Source of the DNA: an uncultured Solibacteraceae bacterium
GTDB taxonomy: Bacteria; Acidobacteriota; Terriglobia; Bryobacterales; Bryobacteraceae
Direction: 5' to 3'
Length of the DNA stretch: 44,704 nt
Assembly (NCBI GenBank): GCA_964453955.1
Contig: CAYVPZ010000001.1
Span: 1 to 44,704 of the forward strand
Position numbers and translations under genes: made by a program. Positions 16,260-26,300 of this stretch are shown here, piece by piece (positions within the stretch are counted from its first letter, which is position 1; every line of letters begins with the position of its first letter). The notes beneath the pieces were generated by a model that was given only the letters and a program-made list of their open reading frames with translations, had not been told where the DNA came from and searched no databases.

Positions 16260-18247
16260 CCGGCTGGATGGACGGGTCGGGAAGCTGCCCGCGGCATACC
16301 CTGCGGGACGTCGCGGAGCGCATGACGGCCACGCTTCGCCATCGCGGGCCCGACGACGGGGGCGTCTGGACGGACCCGGCCGCGGGTGTGGCGCTGGGCC
16401 ATCGCCGGCTCTCCATCGTCGACCTGTCGCCCTCCGGAGCCCAGCCCATGGTCTCCCCGTGTGCACGCTACGTCATTGTCTTCAACGGTGAGATCTACAA
16501 CTTCCAGCAGGTACGCGCCGAACTGATCTCCCGCGGGCGCCGCTTCCGCGGGTCGTCCGATACGGAAGTGATTCTGGCCGCGGTCTCCGAATGGGGAGTG
16601 GTCGATTCGCTGCAGCGCTTCAACGGGATGTTCGCGTTCGCGCTGTGGGACAGCGTGGACCGGGTGCTGCATCTCGCGCGCGACCGCGCCGGGGAAAAGC
16701 CACTGTACTACGGCTGGATCGGCCGGTCGTTCGTCTTTGCCTCCGAGCTGAAGGCGCTGCGCGCTCATCCGGATTTCCGGGGCAGCGTGGACCGCGCGGC
16801 GCTGTCGCTGTATGTGCAGCGTGCGTGCGTGCCGGCGCCGCATTCCATCTACGAAGGCATCTATAAACTGCCGCCGGCCTGCCACATGGTGGTCCCTTCG
16901 GGCGCGGATGCCGGTTCGCTTTCGCCCGTCCCCTACTGGTCGGCCAGAGAAGCGGCGGAGGCCGGGGTGGCCGCACCGTTCGCGGGCGACTCCTTCGAGG
17001 CGATTGAAGAGCTGGGCTCCCTCCTCCGCGACGCCGTGCGCCTGCGCATGATCGCCGACGTTCCGCTGGGCGCCTTTCTCTCCGGCGGCGTCGACTCTTC
17101 CACCATCGTGGCCATGATGCAGGTGGAGGATTCACGGCCGGTGAAGACGTTCACCATCGGATTCCGCGAGTCCCTCTATGACGAGGCCGGCAGCGCGCGC
17201 CGGGTAGCCCGTCACCTCGGGACCGAGCACACCGAACTGTATCTGGGACCGCAACAAACCCTGGGGGTGATTTCGCGCCTGCCGTCGCTCTATGACGAGC
17301 CCTTCGCGGACTCCTCCCAGATCCCCACGTTCCTCATCTCGGAACTGGCGCGCCGGCACGTCACCGTCAGCCTGACCGGCGACGCGGGAGACGAGCTGTT
17401 CGGCGGATACAACCTCTACCGGGCGGGCCGCCTCATCTGGACGACATTCGGCTGGATGCCCTCGGCGTTGCGGCGGGCCATCGGGGTCGGACTGCGGTCC
17501 GTGCCCGCTCCCCTGTTGGATCTCTCGTTCGCGTGGTTGTCGCCCCTGCAGGCGCAACTGGGCCGCAGCAGCTCGATTGGAGACAAGCTCCACAAACTGG
17601 CGCCGGTCCTGATTGGCGCCGAACCGGAACTGATGCGCCGCGTGCTGGTGGCCAACTGGAGAGACGACCAGGCCCTGGTGCTCGATACCGCAACTGCCGC
17701 GGCGCCCTTTGCGGACCAGGAACGCTCCGCGGCTGTTGGCGACTTCGTCCAGCACATGATGTTCGCCGACCTGGTCAGTTATCTTCCCGACGACATCCTG
17801 GTCAAGGTGGATCGCGCCAGCATGGGCGTGAGCCTCGAAACGCGGGTTCCGTTTCTCGATCATCGGTTGATCGAGTTCGCCTGGCGCCTTCCCCATCGTC
17901 TTAAACTGCGCGGCGGCAGCACCAAGTGGATTCTGCGGCAGTTGCTCTACCGCTATGTGCCGCGCGCGCTGGTGGACCGGCCCAAGTCCGGTTTCGCCGT
18001 TCCCTTGTCCCTCTGGCTGCGCGGGCCTCTGCGCGAATTCGGCGAAGACCTGCTGAACGAGTCGAGGCTGCGGCAGGAGGGATGGTTCGACGCCGGGCTG
18101 GTCCGTTCCTTATGGAACGAGCACATTTCCGGGCGCCGTAACTGGGAACAGCCGCTGTGGAGCGTTCTCATGTTCGAGGCCTGGCTGCAGGAAGCGGGCA
18201 CGCCGCGGCCGGCCCATCGCACCGAAAGCGCTCTCGCGCCCGCCTGA
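16247..18247 (+). CDS. asparagine synthase (glutamine-hydrolysing) family amidotransferase
   Basis: In-frame ATG at 16247 gives MCGIAGWMDG (N-terminal nucleophile Cys2). GAT-II domain HRGPDD...RLSIVDLS...FNGEIYN. Synthetase domain with SGGVDSS PP-loop. Overlaps the previous gene by 13 nt. Confidence 0.92.
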   Translation: MCGIAGWMDGSGSCPRHTLRDVAERMTATLRHRGPDDGGVWTDPAAGVALGHRRLSIVDLSPSGAQPMVSPCARYVIVFNGEIYNFQQVRAELISRGRRFRGSSDTEVILAAVSEWGVVDSLQRFNGMFAFALWDSVDRVLHLARDRAGEKPLYYGWIGRSFVFASELKALRAHPDFRGSVDRAALSLYVQRACVPAPHSIYEGIYKLPPACHMVVPSGADAGSLSPVPYWSAREAAEAGVAAPFAGDSFEAIEELGSLLRDAVRLRMIADVPLGAFLSGGVDSSTIVAMMQVEDSRPVKTFTIGFRESLYDEAGSARRVARHLGTEHTELYLGPQQTLGVISRLPSLYDEPFADSSQIPTFLISELARRHVTVSLTGDAGDELFGGYNLYRAGRLIWTTFGWMPSALRRAIGVGLRSVPAPLLDLSFAWLSPLQAQLGRSSSIGDKLHKLAPVLIGAEPELMRRVLVANWRDDQALVLDTATAAAPFADQERSAAVGDFVQHMMFADLVSYLPDDILVKVDRASMGVSLETRVPFLDHRLIEFAWRLPHRLKLRGGSTKWILRQLLYRYVPRALVDRPKSGFAVPLSLWLRGPLREFGEDLLNESRLRQEGWFDAGLVRSLWNEHISGRRNWEQPLWSVLMFEAWLQEAGTPRPAHRTESALAPA

Positions 18248-18261
18248 GGTACTCCGCACCC

Positions 18262-19449
18262 ATGATCGAAGCGCATCGCCGCCAGTCCATTCTGTTCGTC
18301 GACAACAGAACGGAATACTTCATCTCGCATCGCTTTCCGCTGGCGCTGGCCGCGCAGCGGTCGGGATACGACGTCCACGTCACCACCCTGACCAGCGGTG
18401 ACGCGGCGCCGATTCGCGCGGCGGGATTCTCCTATCACGACATCGCCCCAGGCAAGCGCGACGGCAGCGCACGGAAGGAACTCATCCTCCTGAAGAGACT
18501 ACTGGCGTTATACCAGGGGCTGCAGCCCGATCTGCTGCACCATATCACCCTGCGCGCCGTCGCCTATGGGGGTCTGGCCGGCTTGACGCTGAAGGGGACG
18601 CCGGGCATCAACAGCATAACCGGCCTGGGGTACCTGTTCACCGCCAGCAACCCGGTCACCTGGGTCGCGCGCAAGGTGCTGGGTGCGATCTTTCGGGTGG
18701 TGTTGAACCGCCGGCGGTACCGCACCACCTTTCAAAACGTCGAGGATCGCCGGGCATTTGAAACCAGCGGATGGATCAGGCCGGGCCGAGCGGTGGTAAT
18801 TCCAGGTTCGGGAGTCGATCCGGAGCACTTCAAACCGCTTCCGCCGCGGGAAGGGGCGCCCATGGTTCTGTTCGCCTCCCGATTGCTCGCGCACAAGGGC
18901 GTCCGGGAATTCGTGGATGCGGCTCGAATACTCAGGGACTTTGGGCTCGCCGCTCGTTTCGTCATTGTTGGCGATTCCGACCCGGACAATCCGGCGGCCA
19001 TTCCAATGACCCGGATCGAAGAGTGGGTGGGCACGGGCGTGGTCGAGTATTGGGGTTACCGGAGCGACCTGCGGCAGGTCTTCGCCGAGTGCGCCATCGT
19101 CTGTCTTCCGTCTTATCGGGAGGGAGTTCCCAAAGTTCTGCTGGAAGCCGCCGCCTGCGGCCGGGCCATCGTAACCACCGACGTGCCCGGTTGCCGTACC
19201 GCCGTCGCACGCGGCGAAAATGGCCTGCTGGTGCCGGCCCGCGACAGCGAGACCCTGGCCGTCGCCCTGCGCATGCTGATCGAAGACCGGGCCTTGCGGG
19301 AGCGGATGGGCGCAAAAGGCCGGGAAAGGGTGGAGCGGGAGTTCACCGTCGACCGCATTGTCGGCGCCACTCTGGCCCTCTACGAGGAATGCCTTCGCCG
19401 CCAGGGCACGGCCCGCGGGGAATTGCGCACACACGAAGGGAGAGCATGA
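18262..19449 (+). CDS. family 4 (GT-B) glycosyltransferase
   Basis: In-frame ATG at 18262 (MIEAHRRQSILFVDNRTEYFISHRF). C-domain FASRLLAHKGV...CLPSYREGVPKVLLEAAACGRAIVTTDVPG. Confidence 0.85.
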   Translation: MIEAHRRQSILFVDNRTEYFISHRFPLALAAQRSGYDVHVTTLTSGDAAPIRAAGFSYHDIAPGKRDGSARKELILLKRLLALYQGLQPDLLHHITLRAVAYGGLAGLTLKGTPGINSITGLGYLFTASNPVTWVARKVLGAIFRVVLNRRRYRTTFQNVEDRRAFETSGWIRPGRAVVIPGSGVDPEHFKPLPPREGAPMVLFASRLLAHKGVREFVDAARILRDFGLAARFVIVGDSDPDNPAAIPMTRIEEWVGTGVVEYWGYRSDLRQVFAECAIVCLPSYREGVPKVLLEAAACGRAIVTTDVPGCRTAVARGENGLLVPARDSETLAVALRMLIEDRALRERMGAKGRERVEREFTVDRIVGATLALYEECLRRQGTARGELRTHEGRA

Positions 19450-20501
19450 TGCGGATACTGGTCACCGGCTGCAGCGGCTACATCGGTTCGCAACTGGTTC
19501 CCCGCCTGCGGGCGTTGCACCACGAGGTCATCGGGATCGACCGGGCGCCGTGGCCCGGCGGGGGCGAACTCGACCGGTTCATTTGCGCGGACCTGCGGGA
19601 TACGCACCGCTGGGACGGCGAGATGGACGGCGTGGAATACGTTTGCCATCTTGCGGCGGCCAAAGGCGATTGGGGCATTTCCGACGCCGGCTATCGCGGC
19701 GACAACGTGGATGCCACGCGGTCCCTCCTGCAGGTTGGCCACGCCCGGGGCATCGGGAAGTGGCTGTTTTACAGCACGGTGAGCGTCCTCGGCCCGAGCG
19801 ATGCGCCAAAGGAAGAAGACGCCCCGTTCGCCCCCACTCACGCCTACGGAAGAACGAAAGCCGAAGCCGAGAAGCTGTTCCAGCGCTTCGTGGCGGAGGA
19901 CCACCGGCGGCAGGTGACGGTGCTGCGGCCGTCCGTGGTGTATGGGCCGGACAATCCCGACAACACGAACATTTTCCGCCTGATTGAGGCAATTCATCGC
20001 GGCCGTTTCCTGATGATCGGGGATGGCGAGACGATAAAAACCACCTCATACATCGACAACGTAATTGCGGCGACATTGTTCCTGCTGGACGGGGCCGAAA
20101 CGGGCCTCCGGGTGTATCACTATATCGACGAACCTCGCCTGCCCACGGGCGAACTGGTCGGGAGCGTTTACCGGCTCCTCCACAAACGCCGCCCTCGCTG
20201 GAGCGCTCCCTTGTCCGTCGTGAAGCCGGTGGCCTGGCTCGGCGACATCGCCGGCGCGGTGGCCCACGTTGACTTTCCCATCACCAGGGCGAGGATCGAG
20301 AAGTTTTGCACGGCAACCGACTTCGCCGCGCGCGCCATTCGCGCCCGGGGCTTCGAGCAACCGGTCGACAATGAAGCTGCCCTGCAAGCCACGGTGGCGT
20401 GGTACCTCGAGCGATGCGCGGGCCCCCGGTCGGCCTGGCCTCCGTCGCGTCGCAGCACGGGAACTACTAAAAGAATCATAAACATAGAGGAGCGTCAATG
20501 A
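19446..20501 (+). CDS. NAD-dependent sugar-nucleotide epimerase/dehydratase (extended SDR)
   Basis: In-frame ATG at 19446 overlapping the upstream stop (ATGA). ILVTGCSGYIGSQL Rossmann motif and YGRTKAEAE (YxxxK). Confidence 0.85.
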   Translation: MMRILVTGCSGYIGSQLVPRLRALHHEVIGIDRAPWPGGGELDRFICADLRDTHRWDGEMDGVEYVCHLAAAKGDWGISDAGYRGDNVDATRSLLQVGHARGIGKWLFYSTVSVLGPSDAPKEEDAPFAPTHAYGRTKAEAEKLFQRFVAEDHRRQVTVLRPSVVYGPDNPDNTNIFRLIEAIHRGRFLMIGDGETIKTTSYIDNVIAATLFLLDGAETGLRVYHYIDEPRLPTGELVGSVYRLLHKRRPRWSAPLSVVKPVAWLGDIAGAVAHVDFPITRARIEKFCTATDFAARAIRARGFEQPVDNEAALQATVAWYLERCAGPRSAWPPSRRSTGTTKRIINIEERQ

Positions 20502-21523
20502 ACGTACTCATTACCGGAGGCGCCGGTTTCATTGGGTCACACCTCGCCGAGCGCTGTCTGGGCGAGGGCTGGTCCGTGTCCGTAATCGACGATCTCTCCA
20601 CCGGATCGTTCGAAAACATCGCCCACTTAAAGCGCGTGCCCAGGTTCGAATACACCATCGACACGGTGTTCAACGCGCCGCTGGTGGCCGAGCTGGTGGA
20701 TTGCTGCGACATCGTGTTTCATCTCGCCGCCGCGGTCGGGGTGCGGCTCATCGTGGAGAGCCCGGTCCGCACCATCGAGACCAACGTTCACGGCACCGAG
20801 GTGGTGCTGAGGGCGGCCGCTCGGAAGCGCAAGCGCGTTATCGTTGCGTCCACGTCGGAGGTTTACGGGAAGAGCAGCAAGGTGCCGTTTTCCGAGGAGG
20901 ACGATCTGGTTACCGGTCCCACCAGCAAGGGGCGATGGAGTTACGCCTGTTCCAAAGCGCTGGACGAGTTTCTGGGTCTGGCCTATTACAACGAGAAATC
21001 CGTTCCCGTCACCGTGACCCGCCTGTTCAATACGGTGGGGCCGCGGCAGACCGGCCGCTACGGCATGGTGCTGCCCACCTTTGTCCGCCAGGCGCTGCGG
21101 AACGAGCCGATGACCGTGCATGGCGACGGCCGTCAGAGCCGCTGTTTCGGTTACGTTCTGGATGCGGTGGAGGCGCTGGTGCGCGTCGCGAAAAGCAGCC
21201 GCACGGTCGGGGAAATCGTCAACATCGGCAACGACCGGGAAATCAGCATCGCCGATCTGGCGAAACTGGTGCGCGCCCGGGTGCACTCCCGTTCCGAGAT
21301 CGTCAACGTCCCTTACGAGCAGGTCTACGGGCCGGGCTTCGAGGACATGTTCCGGCGGGTCCCGTCTCTGGTGAAACTGGAACGCCTCATCGGCTACCGG
21401 CCCATCACTCCGCTGGCCGCGGTCGTCGATGCCGTCGCCAGCGAGATGCACAGCCACGCGTTTGTGGATTCCCTGGACCAGTTGAGCGAGCAGCTCGCCG
21501 AACCGGTTCCCGAGCCAGCCTGA
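20498..21523 (+). CDS. NAD-dependent epimerase/dehydratase (UDP-glucuronate decarboxylase / 4-epimerase-like extended SDR)
   Basis: VLITGGAGFIGSHL, STSEVYG, YACSKALDE (YxxxK). ATG overlaps the upstream stop (ATGA). Confidence 0.88.
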   Translation: MNVLITGGAGFIGSHLAERCLGEGWSVSVIDDLSTGSFENIAHLKRVPRFEYTIDTVFNAPLVAELVDCCDIVFHLAAAVGVRLIVESPVRTIETNVHGTEVVLRAAARKRKRVIVASTSEVYGKSSKVPFSEEDDLVTGPTSKGRWSYACSKALDEFLGLAYYNEKSVPVTVTRLFNTVGPRQTGRYGMVLPTFVRQALRNEPMTVHGDGRQSRCFGYVLDAVEALVRVAKSSRTVGEIVNIGNDREISIADLAKLVRARVHSRSEIVNVPYEQVYGPGFEDMFRRVPSLVKLERLIGYRPITPLAAVVDAVASEMHSHAFVDSLDQLSEQLAEPVPEPA

Positions 21524-21525
21524 TC

Positions 21526-23289
21526 ATGTCCGCTTCCCTGCCCTCATTCTGCGCGTTGGCCGCCGCGGCGCTGCTGGCCGGCGGACTCACCTGGCTGCTG
21601 ATTCGCTGGAGCGTCCCGCTGGGTCTGGTGGCCCAGCCCAGAGCCGACCGCTGGCACGGCAAAGCGACGCCCAATACCGGTGGTCTGGCCATCGTGATCG
21701 CCTCCGCCAGTTGCTATCTTTTCTTTGCTTCGGGCCGCTACGCGGTGATCGCCGCCTGCGCCGGATTCGTTGCGCTGCTGGGCTTTATCGACGATCGCGT
21801 GCAGTTGCGGCCCCGCGTCAAGTTCGCCGGCCAGGCGGTGGCGGTGGTGGCCGCGATGGCCGGTGGCGTGGTCTTCCACGTTACTCCCTGGGCCTGGATC
21901 GACCTGATGCTCACCTTCCTGTGGATTGCCGGCATTACCAACGCCTTTAATCTCATCGACAACATGGACGGTCTGTGCGCCGGCGTGGCCGTGATCATCT
22001 GTGCGTCCCGGTTCGTTCTGGCGCTGGAGAATCACGATGGCGGGGGAGCGCTGTTGCTGGCTATCCTCGCCGGATCTGTGCTGGGGTTTCTGATCTTCAA
22101 TCACCAGCCCGCGAAGATCTTCATGGGCGACTGCGGCAGTATGTTCGTCGGCTTCAGCCTGGGCGCGCTGGCCATCGCCAGTCCGGCGCAGCACAAGCGT
22201 CTCATCGTCTCCACGCTCTTTTATCCCGCGCTCGCTTTTCTCTATCCGATTTTCGACACGGTGCTGGTCTCGGTTCTGCGCCGCAGCGCGGGAACGCCCA
22301 TTTCGGTGGGAGGCCGCGACCACAGCTCCCATCGTCTGGTTTCGCTGGGCCTGACCGAACGCAAGGCGGTGTGGCTGCTGTGGCTGCTGGCCGCGGCCGG
22401 CGCGGGCGCCGGGCTGTTGAGCTACGCGATGCCGCTGGGGGTTCTGGCCATCGCCGTTCTGCTGGTCAGCGGCGTCAGCGTATTCGGGATCTTTCTGGCC
22501 GCTCTTCCGGCCTACGCCATACCGGACACGGCGCCCGTGCGGGCGAAGTGGATCCGCCGGCTGACCCCCAGTCTGCGGGCCGGGGTGACGCTGATCATCG
22601 ATACTCTCCTCGCCGGTGTGGCTCTGCTGGCGGCCTTCCTGATCCGCTGGGAGAACGCGTTCACGGGCCCGCCGCTGCAGCAGTTCCTGTTCTCCCTGCC
22701 CATTGTCATGGGCTTCCACGCACTCGCTTCCGTCGCGTTTCGCACGTTCGACTCGGGCTGGCGCTGGTTCGGCCTGCGCGATCTGCTGGCGCTGGTTCGC
22801 TGCGCCGCCGCCAGTTCCGCCGCCGCTATCACGACCCTCTGGTTTCTGGGCATGCGCGACTACTCGCGCGGCGTCGTCCTGCTTTACGCATTTCTGGCGC
22901 TCGCCTTTACCGCCGGATTGCGGCTGTCCATGCGGTTCCTCTGGCAGAGTCTGGCCTTGCCGGCCGGCGCGCGGAGGGCGGTGGTGCTGGGCGCCAACGG
23001 AGCTACCGCGCTCACCGTCTTTGTGCTGCAAAGGAACGGAACCATGAACGCCGCGCCCGTGGCCGTGGTGGATCCCGACCCGGCCGCCCGCCGGCTGCAC
23101 ATTCACGGGGTCACCGTTCACCATGCCGGCGGAAACGCCCCGGCGCTCCTGCGGAAACTTCGCGCCGATCTGATGGTGGTGCCCTCCGGACAGAAGCTCA
23201 CCGACGAGCACCGGCTCATCCTGAAACAATGCCGGGAAGCGGGCGTACCCATCGAGCAATTCGAGGTGGGCATGAAAGTGTGGAATTAA
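21526..23289 (+). CDS. WecA/MraY-family polyprenyl-phosphate HexNAc-1-phosphate transferase fused to a C-terminal 4TM + Rossmann-like module
   Basis: In-frame ATG at 21526. The N-terminal ~330 aa carry NAFNLIDNMDGLCAG, FMGDCGSMFVGF and GGRDHSSHRL (PNPT signatures). The C-terminal ~250 aa (from about nt 22540) have four hydrophobic spans, then RRAVVLGANGATALTVFVLQRN...VAVVDPDP...IHGVTVHH...ADLMVVPSG...CREAGVPIEQF. This resembles the membrane + CoA_binding_3-like region found at the N-terminus of WbaP/CapD/PglF-type proteins. Confidence 0.8.
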   Translation: MSASLPSFCALAAAALLAGGLTWLLIRWSVPLGLVAQPRADRWHGKATPNTGGLAIVIASASCYLFFASGRYAVIAACAGFVALLGFIDDRVQLRPRVKFAGQAVAVVAAMAGGVVFHVTPWAWIDLMLTFLWIAGITNAFNLIDNMDGLCAGVAVIICASRFVLALENHDGGGALLLAILAGSVLGFLIFNHQPAKIFMGDCGSMFVGFSLGALAIASPAQHKRLIVSTLFYPALAFLYPIFDTVLVSVLRRSAGTPISVGGRDHSSHRLVSLGLTERKAVWLLWLLAAAGAGAGLLSYAMPLGVLAIAVLLVSGVSVFGIFLAALPAYAIPDTAPVRAKWIRRLTPSLRAGVTLIIDTLLAGVALLAAFLIRWENAFTGPPLQQFLFSLPIVMGFHALASVAFRTFDSGWRWFGLRDLLALVRCAAASSAAAITTLWFLGMRDYSRGVVLLYAFLALAFTAGLRLSMRFLWQSLALPAGARRAVVLGANGATALTVFVLQRNGTMNAAPVAVVDPDPAARRLHIHGVTVHHAGGNAPALLRKLRADLMVVPSGQKLTDEHRLILKQCREAGVPIEQFEVGMKVWN

Positions 23290-23302
23290 ACGCGCCGCTC
23301 TA

Positions 23303-26300
23303 CTACCAGCCGAAGAAACGATACGGGTCGTCCCATTCTTCCGGGACGTCCAGATAAAGGCCATCCAGCCAGCGCCTCTCGCGATCGCTGGCCGGGTCCC
23401 GGAAGCGCTCGAGCAGCGGCGTCCTGCCCGCCGCCCCCGTGTTCGCCAGCAGGCGCGCGGAGAGAGAGGCCACGCGCCGAAACGTGCGCTTGACGTTCAT
23501 TTTTTCCCCCGCGTAGTCGAACTCCCAGGGCGCCAACTGCGAAAACACGACGTTCGCGCCTTTTGCCGCAGCGAGCACCCCGTTCCCCACCACCGTCGCG
23601 CCGCCAGCCACCAGAGGGAGCGTCCGGGGATCGCGGTTGTGCACGTCCGCGGGCGATACTCCGGCGAACGGCGAGCCCGCGCCGAACGGCTCGAAGTACG
23701 CGGCGATGTGCTCCTTTTTAACCATCGCCACGGGGAACGGCAGGAAGGCGTCGACGTCCTGCTGGTCGCACCCGATCGCCAGCACGTGGCCGCCGTTTCG
23801 CACCCAGCCCGCAAGGTCCCCCGCATTCGCCCTTAGCTCCTCGCCTCCGCCCGGCCCCACCACCAATACGTGCTCCGCGGATAATCCGCCCGCATACGCC
23901 ATGGGCGCCAGACCCGCCAGTTGCAGGTGGCGCCTTCCCGCCGCTTCGCCCGCGTAGACGACTTCCCGCCTCGCGCCCGCCTTCCACCCCGCCGTGTAAC
24001 TCAGAATGTTTCGCGCCAGCGTCTCCGCCGCCGGGTCCGTTTCGGTGCGTCCGCTCACATCCATCTGGCAGAACAACACCATCCCCCGGCCCTCGCGGTA
24101 TTCCAGCAGGGGACTGTACTGCAGGCTGTAGCCGCAGTCGAGAACCGCCAGGAAGTCGCCGCACGCGGGCTTCTCGATCAGCGCCGAGGCCACGCTGCCC
24201 CGGTTGCCGCAGCGCCACACCCGCGTCACCGTCATCCCGCACCATTGCACCGCCGGCGCATCGTTGAATTGCCGGGCGCGCTCCGTGTTCAGACGCCCCG
24301 GCAGAGTGGTCGCCTCGCCGCGCCAGTCGCGCAGGTGCTCTTCGCCGAGGCCCGCCAGCAGGGGATGATCGGGCACGCGCTGGAACACCCAGCGCATCCC
24401 ATACTCGGCCGTGCGGAAGCCAAACCGCTTCTCCAGAACCTCGCCGGTCTGCTCGAACACGATCACCTTCAAACCGTCGCGGACTCGCCTGATGTCCGGC
24501 CCCGGTCCGCCGGGCGTGAGCGCGCCTTTGCCGACAATCAGCGTGTCGAAGGAAGCGAGGTCCGCTCCCGCGCTCACGGGCGCGCAGCGGACCCCCATCG
24601 CATCCAGCAGCCTCGCGCTGTCGCCCTGCGGGTCAAAGAGCGCGATCTTCATGCCCGTCCCCGGCGCTGCCGCCGGCCGCGCCATCACGTGGATGGGCAA
24701 GGCATCTTCCTGCGTCTCCCCGTTGCCGAAATGGACCCGCGCGCGCAGCTCGTACCGTCCCGGCGCCAGGTCCTCGGGCAAGTCAACTTTCAGCGGAATG
24801 CGCTTCTGTTCTCCGTTCGGCAGGACGATGCTGGCGCTGCCCGCGGCCGCGTGCGGCAGCCCGAATGACCACGCGCACTCACCACCCACCACCCGGCGCG
24901 AGTTGTTGATCACGATCAGTTGCTTTTCCACAACTTCGCCGGGCAGGAAGTTGTGATCTTTGCTGGTGAACGCGGCCGGCTTCCCGGCAAGGTACGCGAG
25001 CAGGGGCATGTTGTTGCGGTAGAGGGCCTGGGCGGCCAAGGTGGCCTCGGCCGCCGACGGCCGGAACGCTACCCGGGCTTTCACCCGTTTCTCGTCCACG
25101 TAAACGGGCCTCGGCCCGGGCCGCTGGAGACGATTCCAGTCGATTTCCAGCCCTGGATCGGCCGGCTCGCTCTCAAAAGCCGGCGGCTTCCAATACATGC
25201 CGTAGTCCCATGGCGAAGTTGCCGAAACGCCCCACGTCCGGAACGCCCGGAAGTTGTCGGTCAGGTACATCGCCACCACGCGGAAGCGCTCGTCGAAGAC
25301 CTGCGAATTAAGGCTGTAAGGGTAATCCCAGCGTTTCCAGACGCGGCCCTTGCGGAACTGCTCCGCCTCCCAGCGCAGGTTGGCTTTCTCCGCCTCGATA
25401 ATGTCGTACGCGCGGCCGCCCAGGAATTGCGCGTTCCACTCAGCCACGCAGAATTCCCAGGGCGCCACCGCGTCCCCGAATTCCCGCTTGCCTTTGTACC
25501 ACCCGCGGTACATGGCCCAATCCCACATGAACGGCACCGCGTACTCGCAGGTGAACACCGGCTTCGCCCCCATGGTGGCCCAGTGCTCGAACCAGTCCGA
25601 CATTTCCTGGATGGGCACCCAGTTCACATAAAAATTCATGGTGTGCATCGAACCGAGGTTGCCTGAATCGTGATGGTAGACGATGCGGCTCGGGTCGAGC
25701 CGTTGAATAATCTCCTGGGCCCGCAGCGCGCGCGAGGCACTGCGCACCCCCCAGGATTCGCGCGCCTCCTGGATTCCGTCGATCATGTCCGGGTCCATGT
25801 CGCCGCTGTACCCGGTGGAATTGTGGCTGGTGGAGTAGCAAACCACCGAAGGGTGATTCTGGGCCACCCGCACATAGAACTCCGCGTGTTGGGCGTAGCC
25901 GTTGGCCGAGTCGGCATCCGGCGCCGTCCAATCGTAGTGGCCGAAATGCGGCTGCGACAACGCCACCAGCATTCCCTCGTCGTCGGCGGCCCGCAGCACT
26001 TCCTCGAAACTGATGTGCGCGCCGGGCTCGCAGCCGTAGTTGTGCGTGTAAACGAAGTTGATCCCGAAGCTCCGGAACCGCTGCAGGGTGGCGCGGGCGC
26101 CGTCGTAGCTTGCCGATAGCGGGCCGAGCTGGCCGTTATCGAGCGGGATGGCCGAGAGATAGATAGGGGTGCCGTTCAGGTAAAAGTCGCGCCCCTCGAT
26201 CCAGAACTCCCGAAAACCGAAGCGCACCGGCAACGCCTCGTCCAGCATTTCCGCGCGCGCATCGAGCAGCGATACGCTCGTGTCGTACTGATTGGGCGCA

